Assembly: GCA_964016885.1 (NCBI GenBank)
Contig: OZ024742.1
Coordinates: 32,302,001 to 32,366,000, forward strand
Length of the DNA stretch: 64,000 nt
Source: Eledone cirrhosa
Taxonomy: Eukaryota
Direction of reading: 5' to 3'
A model generated the notes under the pieces. That model worked only from the letters and a program-made list of their open reading frames with translations. It was not told the DNA's origin and made no database searches. The first letter of the stretch is position 1. The number at the start of each line of letters is the position of its first letter. The position numbers and the translations under genes were made by a program. This document shows, one piece after another, positions 12,971-24,699 of this stretch.

Positions 12971-13051
12971 CTTTCTGAGATCTTCGTTTGTCGTGGAGAA
13001 TTTGTGCGAAATGGTCCATCAGAAATATGTGCTCTTGCTGCTGCAGCTGAT
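12971..13051 (-). CDS. ZFAND2B: ZFAND2/AIRAPL-like coding exon 7
   Basis: tttatag|A SAAAARAHISDGPFRTNSPRQTKISE AG|gtaagg; phase 2 at both ends fits its neighbours; GSAAAARA resembles GLAAISRA. Confidence 0.8.
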
Positions 13052-14173
13052 CTATAAATAGATAATAATAATAGTTTCTGATTTAGACACATGGCCAACA
13101 ATTTTGGGAGAGGGGAAAGTAGATTAAATGAACCTCAGTGTATTACTAGTGCTTTATTTTATTGACCTCGTAAAGATGAAAGGCAAAGCTAACCATGGCA
13201 AGATTTGAACTCAGAACATAACTATGCTGTGAAGCAAGGTGACTAATGCTCTACTGATACTGCCAATTTACTGCTCTCAATAACAGCAATAGTAATAATA
13301 ATATTGATGGTTTCTTATTTAGGCACAAAACCAATAATTTGGGGGAAGGGGAAAGTTGACTATATCGACTTTAATATTTTATTGGTACTTTGAGCTTCAA
13401 AAGATGAAAGACAAAGTTCACCTCAGCAGGATTTAAAACCAGAATGTAGAGGACTGTAATGTAATGCAGCAATGCATTTCATCTGACAATAATGACTTCT
13501 AATTTAGGCACAAAGCCAGCAATTTGTGGAAGAGGAAAAAGTTGACTATATCGCCCCTAGTACTTTACTGGTACTTTTTATCAAACCCCAGAAAGATGAA
13601 AGATAAAGGTGACCTTGGTGAGATTTGAATTCAGAACATAAAGAGCCAGAAGAAATATTGTTATGCCTTTGTCCATCAAAGAAAATATTAATAATATTAA
13701 TAATAAAAATAAACGGCAAAACTGGAGACTATATATGAAGAAAGGTCATTTGATCATGTAGGGGACAAGACAGTATATTGGTGTCACAATGCTGTGTATA
13801 CAGACTGAGACATCATAGGGTAGAAGGGACTCTTTGATCATGTTATGACAACCTCTCTAATGGGGGTGCCATGATAACATACACCCAGTACACTCTGTAA
13901 ATTGTTAGTGCTGGTACCACAATAAAAATCCACCCAGTATACTCTCTCAAGTGGTAGTGTAGGTGCCATGATAAAATACACCAAGTACACTTTGTTGTAG
14001 TTGGTGTTGGTACCATAAGATGCACCTAGTGCACTCTAAAGTAACTGGTGTTAAGCAAGGCATCCAGCTGTAGAAGCTATGCCATAAATGGAACATATGA
14101 ACAAGATATGGTTTTCTGATTTGTTTAGTCTTGGAGCAAAACAACCCATTTAAAATTATGTAAATACCAGATT

Positions 14174-14362
14174 AATAATTGTTTCTACTTTTGGCACAAG
14201 GCCAGCAATTACCCAGTGTATTACTGGTACTTTATTTTATCGACCCCGTAAGGATGAAAGACAAAGTTAACCTCGGCGGGATTTGAACTCAGATCGTAAA
14301 GGGACGTAACTACGATGGAAAGCATGTCTGACCCTCTACCAATACTGCCAATTCACTGCCCT
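14174..14362 (-). mobile_element. tRNA-derived SINE (representative of many copies), followed by a partial tandem copy
   Basis: Minus strand: TGGCAGTATTGG A-box, GTTCAAATCC B-box, central GCCTTTCATCCTTACGGGGTCGATAAAA-type domain, AGAAACAATTATT tail; flanked by TAAATACCAGATT repeats. Degenerate relatives at ~790-1200, 1610-1990, 4085-4520, 5255-5450, 13070-13660, 14470-14655, 19290-19420. Confidence 0.85.
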
Positions 14363-15168
14363 TAAATACCAGATTAATAATTGTTTCTACTTTTGGCACA
14401 AGGCCAGCAATTATCCAGTGTATTACTGGTACTTTATTTTATCGACCCCATAAGGATGGAAGGCAAAGATAATGGTATCTAATTTAGGCCCAAAGCCAGC
14501 AATGTTGGGAGAAGGGAAAGTCAATTAAAATGACCCCAGAAGAATGAAAGGTAAAGTTGACCTTCATGGGCTTTGAACTCAGAACATAAGAGCCATAATT
14601 AAATGTTGCAAAACATTTTGACTGATGCCCTAATGATTCTGCCATTCCACTGCCCTACAATACCAAATTAATCCTAATAAAAAAGTATTTATCTAACTAA
14701 AACCCTCCAAATTCTCGATTGTTTTCCTGTGTATATTACCATATTCAATTTGAAATATCTATTATACTAAAGCTGTTGTATATTTTGTGTAAAATGTTCG
14801 TCATGCTGGAAAGGGATGGTAAAAGTGTATGCACATGCATATGAGGTAGAAAAGGTAGTAGTGTTACTACTGCCACTACTGGTAGATGTAGCACCCCAGC
14901 CAATTGTTTTTTAATCACACTCAAGTCTTTTTGGAAAAAATGTGTGTGAGAGAAAGAGTAGAGGTGGCAGTAGCAGCAATGCTGAACAAACTTTTTTTTA
15001 AATCACTGACGCGCGTGCGTGCGAGTGTATATGTATGTATATATATATATATATATAACTTTGGTGGTTGTTTCGAATTAAACCATGAAATTCCTACAGG
15101 GTCAGTTATTGGTAATGAAGGGGTTAATTACGATTTGTTTGCTTATACTTCACTCATCCCAAACTTAC

Positions 15169-15284
15169 CCTGATCGTGACATTGATTTGCCAGAGTCCTG
15201 GAGACTGGTACATTTGTGGTCCTGTTCATGGCGGTGCTTCAAACAGTAGTTCTTCTGACAGCGATCACATCTTACTGGAACCAT
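15169..15284 (-). CDS. ZFAND2B: ZFAND2 coding exon 6 (second AN1 finger)
   Basis: ttctag|MVPVRCDRCQKNYCLKHRHEQDHKCTSLQDSGKSMSRS GG|gtaagt. Confidence 0.95.
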
Positions 15285-15895
15285 CTAGAATAAATAGAAA
15301 GAAGAAGAGGTCAGTTGTTTTCTATTGGCCAAACAAATGGAAAAAAAACACACAGTAATGAAAACTCTTGTAGATTAATTAGTCTGAGCACAAGGTTAAC
15401 CTAAGGATAAACATGCACCCAGTACACACTATAAAGTCATTCAACAAGTGGAGACAATATATGACAGTGGACATTTAAATCTGGCAAAGAACATGACAAT
15501 TTCTCCAGTGTTGGTGCCATGATTAAATACACCCAGTACACTCAATAAAGTGGTTGGCCAAAGAATGAAGACAACACACAAACACCCAGAAGTTCAAAGA
15601 GGCCTAAAACAAAAATGTTGTTTAAAGAAATTAAAATTAAATGGAATTTATAGCTTACACCTATGCAGGTTTAGTTGGTCTCCTACAAGGTTGTATTTCA
15701 TAGTAGATTTTGGGGGTATTTTAATGATAGGGTTCCTAGTACTACCATGAAAAGCAATGTGACATGAAGTGTCAACATAAAAAATGAAGTGTCACATGGT
15801 CCAAGATTCAAACCCATGACCTTGTGACCATAAGTTCAATAACCTAACCAATAAGCCACATACCTTCACACTGTTTAAAAATCAAACTAACTCAC

Positions 15896-15940
15896 CTCTT
15901 TCTGTTTACATCCCTTAAAGGAACATTTGTTTACATAAAT
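15896..15940 (-). CDS. ZFAND2B: ZFAND2 coding exon 5
   Basis: tttcag|IYVNKCSFKGCKQKE|gtgag. Confidence 0.93.
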
Positions 15941-16636
15941 CTGAAATAAAGAAACAAATTTAAATATTAGCAATTTTCTTTTGAAAAATGAGAAAATAAA
16001 ATAGTTTTTTAATTATTTCATTAGCATATTTCTCATGAAAGATAATTTTCAAATAATTTTGAAAATAAAAAATTTTGTGGGGTTTAGTAATATAATTAAC
16101 TTTCATTACTGAGCTGGTGTTTGGGGCATAACTTAAAGGTTCTTACATAAATTGTGATGGACAGTTTTTAGATAAATATAAACACTTTAAAATAAACAGC
16201 TTTGTAATATAATTTATGTGAAACATTGCAAGATACATAGTTATTATTGTTTTGGAAAGCTGGTACAATGCAAATCCGACATACAGGAGGAAAAACTAGA
16301 GTAGAGCAAGAAAAACAAATCAAAAGTTTGCACTTTTACCATATATTTTATATTTCGAACTGTACTGCATGTCATCAACACCAGACTCCTTTATTTTGAA
16401 AAAGGGATCCTAACTTCGAAATATAAAATATAAGGTAAAAGTTGTTTTTCTTTTCCCCTACTCTAGTTTTCACTTGTGTATTTCTAATTTGCATTGTGCT
16501 GGCTTTCCCCAAACAATCATAAAAACAATTATGAATAGCCTTGTACCACTGAATTAAGGGCAATTTCAGTCACATTGGTATCAAAAAGGGATAGAAAAAA
16601 CAAAACAAAAAATAATGTAGAATTGGTTTTGGAAAC

Positions 16637-16768
16637 CTTTCGGCGTTGTCTGGCAGGATCTGATTGACAATCATTATCTATATGATGACCAATCACAACA
16701 TCTGGAAGTTCTCCTTTCTTTAAACCAATCGGTGTGTTACATAAGGGACAGACTGGAACCTGATTGTC
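16637..16768 (-). CDS. ZFAND2B: ZFAND2 coding exon 4 (C2HC linker finger)
   Basis: ttccag|DNQVPVCPLCNTPIGLKKGELPDVVIGHHIDNDCQSDPARQRRK|gt; highly similar to VPVCPLCNTPIPVKKGQIPDVVVGDHIDRDC of vertebrate ZFAND2. Confidence 0.96.
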
Positions 16769-17750
16769 CTGGAAAAACAAGAATATGTGAGATGGGCATG
16801 GATGGGAGAAAATACAGTAGTGGTGAATTCATAAAGGTAAGCAATAGAAGTAGCTGAGTTGGTATAGATCATATCTATGTAGGCAGGGCTGACATTACCA
16901 TTAAAGTCAATTATGCATCCACTTAGGGCACAGACCCCACAAAGACATTAGATAAAGGATTACAATTTTATACAAATTTGTATAATTACACTAACTATAT
17001 AATAATTTCTTACAATCAATAAATAAATCATTAAACAACTTTGTCAAATAGCAGCATTGTGGAAATTGCCAAAGTGATAGAGAGGGTCATATGGTGTTAT
17101 GACCTGTCACAAGATTTGGTGTGTGCAGTAGAAAATGCAGACTTAGTAATTTTCTTAGTGTAGCCAATTTTGGTTTGTCAACTTGCCAAACTTTAAGTTG
17201 AAATTATTATTTTTGGAAGAATTAGGCGCATAACTGGGAAACATTGTAGGGAAAGCTTAAGGTGCTAAATGTTTAGCTGGCCTCCTTCAAGGTTGTGGCG
17301 CACAGGAGGTTTCTGAAGTGTTTTAATGATAGAGACCACCTGCCCTACCATGAAAAGACCAAAAGTCAAGCAGTCTGCAGCTGCTGCTGGTATTCATTTT
17401 GAAACAAAGTATCTTACTCAAAAATGTAAAGTGTTATGAGGTCCAGGAATAGAACCCACAACCTTCTGATCGTGAATTCAATATCCTAGTCACTTGGTCA
17501 TGCACCTAAGGTTGAGTGGGTAATCTGGTTATATGTAAATCCACTTATAGCTATCCACCAGTCTATCACAAGTAACATTCCCAGATGTCTGGTATATTTT
17601 ACATCCATCCTACCTATTAATAGATAAAACACCAATTTATAATAGATGTCTATTTTAACAGTCACATTTTCAAGTTAATTTGACCAGAATGATACAATCA
17701 ATACTGATATTAAACACTCACATACACACAAAATATTTTAAATTAGTTAC

Positions 17751-17802
17751 CTTTTTGTATGACTCAGGGCATTTGTGTGTTGCATATTGGATATGATCAC
17801 GG
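17751..17802 (-). CDS. ZFAND2B: ZFAND2 coding exon 3
   Basis: ttttatag|C RDHIQYATHKCPESYKK|gtaac. Confidence 0.93.
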
Positions 17803-18369
17803 CTATAAAAACAAAACAAAAACAATACATCATTATTTTACATCCATTTTCCATGCTGGCATAAATTGGATGGGTTGTCATTGTCTGAGACTAGACAAAT
17901 CAGAGAATCAGGTTTGCTCATACATTACATATTTGTGAGGGTTTCTCTGGCTGGATGCCCTTCCTAATGTACTTTACAAGAGTATACAGGGTGCAGTTTT
18001 TCATGGTACCAGCACATTTAACTATGTAAAAATGACAGTTTATTATTGTTTTAATTATAATTATATCGTTTGTCTTTCATCCTTGGGATCGATAAAATAA
18101 AATACCAGTGAAATACTGAGTCAATTTAATTAAACCCACCAAGCAAATTTCAGGACTTGTACCTAAATTAGAAACACCATAAACTAATGTAATGTCCTGA
18201 CAGAACAGAGTGATTTGAAGAAGATTTGGTTATTTCAAACAAGCCAAGTAACAACATAGAACCCTCATTGACTGAATCCTTGAGTAGAAAGAGTTTTAAA
18301 GTGTGTTGGTTGACAGCCAAACTGAGGGTTACACAGAAGCTCACTTTCACTAACTAGTTATCCAGAAAG

Positions 18370-19145
18370 ATTTTTTTATAGTTGTGGTTGACCCACCAAC
18401 TGAGTGGAAGATTTGGCTGCAATGTCAAGCAAGCAAAATTACCACATAGAAGCTGCCCCTCACTGACACAATATCTCTATAAAGATTTTATAGGGCAGTG
18501 GTTGACCAACCAGCTGAGAGGGTTTGGCTGTTATTTCTAGCAAACTCAGTGACAAGATAGAGGCTTGCCTTCACTGACTCATCTATGTAGTTTTTATAGT
18601 GAGATGATTGACTGACAAGTTGTGTGGGAGATTTTGCTGCTATTTCTAGCAAGCCAAATGACCACACTGAGCCCTCCCTGATTTGTCAAGATTAAGTTTT
18701 TTATAACGCAGTGCTTGACCAACCAGTTGAGTGGGAAATTTAGTTGTTATTTCTAGCAAGCTGTGAGTCGCACTGACATGTCTATACAGATCTTTTATAG
18801 CACAGTGGTTGACCGATCAAGTGGGAGATTTGGCTGCTATTTCTTGCAAGCGAAGTGACCACAGAGGTACACTGTCACAAACTCGTAGTCAATATAGTGT
18901 TTTTATAGCGATGTGCTTGATTGACCAGCTGAGGTATTTGGCAGCTATTTCTAACAAGCAGAGTGACTACATAGAGGCCCACCCTCACAGACATGTCTAT
19001 ATAGTTTTTAAAGTGAGGTGGTAGACCGACCAGCTGAGTGGGAGATTTGGCTGCTATTTCTAGCAGCCACATAGAGGCCCACCCTCACTAATCCTTGTTT
19101 ATATAGTCTTTTTTTTTCTAGTGAAGTGGTTGACCGACTAGCTGA
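18370..19145. repeat. Degenerate tandem repeat, ~105-115 bp unit, ~7-8 copies
   Basis: Recurrent TTTTTATAG..GTGGTTGACC..GAGATTTGGCTGCTATTTCTAGCAAGC..GACCACATAGAGGC; the core also occurs dispersed (~32460, ~33790 reverse, ~36710 reverse). Confidence 0.75.
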
Positions 19146-19522
19146 GTATATTGATAAAGAAATGAAAACACAGTTGAAAGCTAGTCTATAAATAGAATCA
19201 GAAAACAAATCATCTGTAAATATATTGATGACCTTCAATCTTACACAAACAAACTGACAACAAACTGTGTTTATTAAAAAGAAACAGAAGGTGGTGGATT
19301 GGCAGAATCATTAGAGCATTGGACTAAATGCTCTTTATGTTCAAATTCCATTGACGTTAACTTTGCCTTTCATCCTTCCAGTGTCAATAAAATAAATTAT
19401 CAGTCAAGCACTGAGGACCAAGTAATCGGCCTTCCCCTCTCCCCTCACATAGCTGATCTAACCACCTAACGACATAAAGATAATTCCAGTTGTCATTGGA
19501 GCTTTGGGTTCAATACCATTAA

Positions 19523-19739
19523 CCCTTTAACATTTACATTACTCTACATTTACTATTTTATTTTCATGCTAAACACTTTATCTTACATAATTATCTCACA
19601 TAATATTGGATCTATGAGATTTTGATATTTATTTAAAAAACAATACTTACAATCAGTATGAGCAACTGGTTATGGCCAGTTTGAACAGAAAGAGGTGAGA
19701 GAATTCTGGCCGGACACGGCCGGTTTAAATGCTAAAGGG
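19523..19739. mobile_element. piggyBac-type MITE (217 bp); truncated sister copy at ~12213-12390
   Basis: TTAA CCCTTTAACATTTA ... TAAATGCTAAAGGG TTAA. Confidence 0.8.
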
Positions 19740-19835
19740 TTAAATCTGAACTTCAGATATGAGATGACGAAGGAACATAACAACCAGAAAACACCTGTCC
19801 TACCTAGTGGAAAAACAGACGTAGAATGATGAGAA

Positions 19836-19908
<73 letters not shown>

Positions 19909-19914
<6 letters not shown>

Positions 19915-20024
19915 TTAATATAGATGAGATTCTACAGGACTAGAACTGTTTCATTCATTAGAAATCAACAGCTAATGAATGAAACAGTTCTAGTCCTGTA
20001 GAATCTCATCTATATTAAAACTAT
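19909..20024. repeat. Perfect 53-bp inverted repeat with 10-nt loop, inside a ~180-bp element between (TA)n tracts
   Basis: 19909-19961 is the exact reverse complement of 19972-20024; a diverged relative lies at ~56495-56660. Confidence 0.95.
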
Positions 20025-20088
20025 TATACTCTGCTATGTATTGAGTACCTTACTTACTGTGGTTACCTCCGATTCAACCCGGAATAAC

Positions 20089-20138
<50 letters not shown>

Positions 20139-20149
20139 ATGGATGGATG

Positions 20150-23100
20150 AGCTGAGAATAAATTTGAGCAACTCTGAATCAATAGATGAAATATGAATCT
20201 GCGAGCTACCAAGCACCCATGTGAAGCGCCAATCCAGAGACCCTTCCCTACGAGTGTCGACAAATGCCCAAAACTCCGAGTTGGTACCATCAATGTAGGC
20301 TCAATGAAAGGAAGAGCAGGAGAAATCGGAGAAATGCTAGAGCGAAAGGAAATTGATGTATGCTGTGTGCAAGAGACTAGATGGAAAGGAGAGTCTGATA
20401 GAGTCCTTGTAGGAAAAAGTCGGTGCTACAAATTTTTCTGGGTGGGAAATGACGATGGGATGGGTGGTGTAGGTATACTACTAGCTGACAAGTGGGTAGA
20501 TAAAGTAATCTCAGTGTACAGGGTAAATGCAAGAATCATTAAACTCAGACTAGTCCTGAATAAGACAATTACCACAATAATATCAGCTTACGCACCCCAA
20601 TCGGGGCTGCCAGACGAACTTAAGGATAGGTTTTACGAGTCCCTAATACACACTACTGCTCTAACAGACGACAATGACTTCCTAATCATCGCAGGAGATT
20701 TTAACGGACACATAGGTAAACACTGCGACGGCTTCAATAGAGTACATGGAGACCATGGAGTTGGCACAAGGAATGAGGAAGGATTCAGACTTCTAGAATT
20801 CTGCGACGCCAATGACATGTCGATATGTAACACAAACTTTAAAAAACCCGACAACCACCTGATCACCTATAGATCAGGGGAGCACTTTAGTCAGATAGAT
20901 TTTATCCTCATCAAAGGACGTGACAGATGGACGGTCGTAAACACAAAAGCCTTCCCTAGTGAGGAATGTACATCCCAACATAGCTTAGTTGTCAGCGACC
21001 TCACAGTCAAAACTAGACGAACCTGGAAACAGAGGCCAACCTGGAGAAGAAAGATCTGGAAGCTGAAAGACCCCTTAACCAGTAACAGATTTAAAGATAT
21101 TTTACTCAACGCCTACGACAGTAAAGAAGAACAGATAGAGACATTCAATGTAGAAGAGAACTGGAAGTTCCTAAAAAATAACTTACTAGAGGCGACGGAT
21201 GAGGTCTGTGGCTGGAGTAAGACCTCAGGCAGGAGGAGAGTGACTTGGTGGTGGAACAATAAGGTAGATGAGGCAGTTAAGGCCAAGAGACAAGCATGGA
21301 AAGAATGGAAGAACGGGGGGAGCAGGGTTCATTACATAGAGACCAAGAGGGAAGCTAGGCTACAAGTATACTTAGCTAGGAGGGAAGCAGAGGATAGAAA
21401 ATTCAAGCATGTTTTGCAACGCGAGGACCAGAAACAGGAGGTGTTCAAGATTGCAAGGCAGTGTGTCAGAGAGAGTTGTGATGTCATTGGAGAGAAGTGT
21501 ATCCGGAATGATAAAGGTGAGCTTGCCCTCACAAGTGCTGAGAAGAAAGATGCATGGAAGAGTCATTATGATAGATTAGATTACGAAATGAGGAGAATGC
21601 ATGGGAAGAAGAGACCCTACCCCAAGTAGACCCTATAGAGGGGCCAGCAGTACAAGTCAGCAGCAACGTAGTAAGTAAGGCAATCAAAAATATGAAGATG
21701 GGGAAGGCAACAGGTCCATCGGGTATAGCTGCCGAGATGCTGAAGGCATCTGGGTCTGTATGTCACGCTATAACCACACGTATTGTTAACCAGGTAATAC
21801 TAGAAGGTGTCATACCAAAATATTGGTGCAGTAGCATCATTGTCAACTGCTACAAAGGTAAAGGTGATGCACTAGATAGAGGAAACTATAGAGGTATAAA
21901 GCTGATGGACCAGGTCATGAAAGTAACAGAAAGAGTTATAGCACAGTTGATTAGGGACCGGGTGAATATAGACGAGATGCAATTTGGGTTTGTACCAGGA
22001 AGAGGCACCACTGATGCCCTCTTCCTTGTGAGGCAGCTACAGAAAAAGTACCTAGCTAAAAGTAAGCCACTCTACTTGGCATTTGTCGACCTTGAGAAAG
22101 CCTTTGACAGAGTTCCCCATGCTGTAATCTGGTGGACTCTTAGAAAACTAGGAGTAGATGAATGGCTTGTGAAAGCGGTACAAGCCATGTATAGGGGAGC
22201 AATCAGCAAAGTTAGGATTAGCAATGAGTATAGCGAGGAATTTAGCGTACAGGTTGGGGTTCACCAGGGCTCTGTTCTTAGCCCTCTCCTGTTCATCATA
22301 GTCCTGCAGGCAATAACGGAGGAGTTTAAGACCGGATGCCCATGGGAACTCCTGTATGCTGATGACCTCGTACTTATAGCTGAATCTATGGGAGAACTAG
22401 AGAATTAATTCCGAACTTGGAAGCAGGGACTAGAAAGAAAGGGTCTCAAAGTCAACATGACAAAGACTAAGGTCCTTGTAAGTAGACGAGAAAACAGAAC
22501 CCAGATCCCCTCAGGGAAATGGCCTTGCTCAGTATGTAGGAAAGGTGTAGGTAGGAACTCCATTCTCTGCCCCAAATGCAAACAGTGGGTACACAAGTGA
22601 TGTAGCGGGATCTCAGGAAGCTCAATTAAGAATGTAGGCTTCATATGCAGCAGCTGTGCTGGGACAGCAAGCAGCAAACAGCCACAGGAAACAAGTACCA
22701 CCAATCTCTGGGAGGGCTCTGTAGAAACAGTAGACAGCTTCTGCTACCTAGGTGACCGAATTAGCAGCGGAGGTGGGTGTTCAGAAAGTACAATAACTAG
22801 GGTAAGAACGGGATGGAAGAAGTTTAGGGAACTACTACCACTGCTAGCTGCAAAAGGCTTCTCCCTCAGAATGAAAGGCAGACTGTATGATGCGTGTATC
22901 CGAACATCGCTGTTGCATGGTAGTGAGACCTGGGCGCTGAAGGTGGAAGACTTACATAGATTAGAGAGAAACGAAGCCTGCATGCTCCGATGGATGTGTA
23001 ACAGTAATATACGTGAACGACAAAGCATAATTGAATTGAGAGAGAGACTGAGCATAAGAGGAATCAAATGCTGTGTGCAGGAGAGGCAGTTGCGCTGGTA

Positions 23101-23612
23101 TGGACATGTGATGCGTATGAAGGATGACAGCTGCATAAAAAGGTGCAGAGCACTAGAAGTCGATGGAAACCACGGAGTGGGGAGACCCAAGATGACCTGG
23201 GATGAGGTGATAAAAGCCGACCTTACCCAATTACACCTCTCAAAGGCAATGACACACGACCGTGACCTCTGGCATCACGCAGTAATACAGAGTACCCGAC
23301 CTCCCATGGGTACAAGCTGAAGCATATAGACAATATCCCCCCACCGCAAGGTGGTCGTGGAGGTGCCACGGCAAAAAAGTATCCAGCCCACACTGTAAAG
23401 TGGACGTGTAGGCGCCACGAAAAAGCACCCAGCACTCACTGTAAATGAGGTTGGTGTTAGGAAGGGCATCCAGCTGTAGAAATCAAGCCAGATCAGTTCC
23501 TGTATGAGCAAGGCATGGTCAGCCGACCATACACTGCCCACAACAGGACAACCCGTCTAACCCATGCTAGCATGGAAGAACGGACGTAAAACGGTGATGA
23601 TGATGATGATGA
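20150..23612 (+). mobile_element. Full-length or nearly full-length RTE LINE, disrupted ORF
   Basis: APE (GTINVGSM, VQETRW, SAYAPQ, GDFNGH, IDFIL), RT (NYRGIKL, FVDLEKAFDRV, GVHQGSVLSP, LYADDL), C-terminal Cys cluster (WPCSVC..CPKC..VH..C..C..C), 3' UTR and (GAT)n tail; frameshift near 21580 and stops near 22408 and 22599. Confidence 0.95.
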
Positions 23613-23626
23613 TATATATTTATATA

Positions 23627-24462
23627 TACGAGGTCAGTCAAAAAAGCATCTGACCTTAGGCTAGGAAAAACATTGTGTACTTGATGGGGTTATTGCTAAT
23701 CCCCTTCAAAGTAGACTTCTGTGCCTCAATATATTTAGGCCAGCAATCCTCAGTGTTTGAAGAAACACCCAGTATCTTGATATGGCCCACGGCAATTTTG
23801 GATGCTTCCTGTGTGCCTTGATTTTCTCTTCGTATCTGTACACCCAGATCTCATCTTCAGTTATCATGATATTCAGGAACTCAGGATCCTTGTTGATAGG
23901 ATCCAGCACACCCTGAACTTTGTTGTTCCTGGAGAAAGTAGCTTGGATAAAACTTTCACTGCCACCCTGTGCATGCGCAATTCCCCCTCTAAAGTTGCAT
24001 ATGAAGAATCTCTACTGACTCCAATCATAACTGATTCCTGCACTGTCAAACATTGCAGTTTGCTGATGGATTCAAGCAACGCTGGTCACTCTCCCTCCAC
24101 CGATGTGCAGCTATCTTTGAACCTGTTGTAGTACTCTATTATTTGGGGTATTGCCACCAAAAGCCTATTGCAATTTTAAAAATTGTTTCCACTTAAGTAT
24201 TTCCAAGCTTTTGTCAAAACTTAATACAAGATTGTTGATCCACACATTTCGTCATCATGAGTGAAATGAAAATATGATGAGTAAATAGTACAGCGCTTCC
24301 CATGCTGGCTGCTTGACAATGAATGATGTATCCAGTGAGCTTGCCAAAAACCATGCATACTCATTAATGCATGCGACTCCACTCTGCATAATTTTGTCTC
24401 CCTAATTGTCATTTCTTCCCAAGGAAAAAATTCAGTTGCACACTTTTGCAACAGACAGCATA
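23627..24462 (-). mobile_element. Degenerate mariner transposon
   Basis: TACGAGGTCAGTCAAAAAAG-type terminus at a TA; transposase remnants ELRMHRVAVKVLSKLL and DPEFLNIMITEDEIWVYRYE. Confidence 0.75.
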
Positions 24463-24699
24463 TATGTATGTGTGTATGTATATATATATATAATCCTTTT
24501 ACTTCTGTCTTCCATGTTGGCATGGTCTGAAGCTAGACAGGTCAGATAGACCTCCTCACATATGTTCTATATTTTGCATGATAGTTTTGGCTGGATCCCC
24601 TTCCTAACACAAGTATACCCACTTTACAGAGTGTACTGGGTACATAGAACTATAAGGAAGAAATTAAGTCTTATAATATAGAGGAACAATGGGTGTTTC

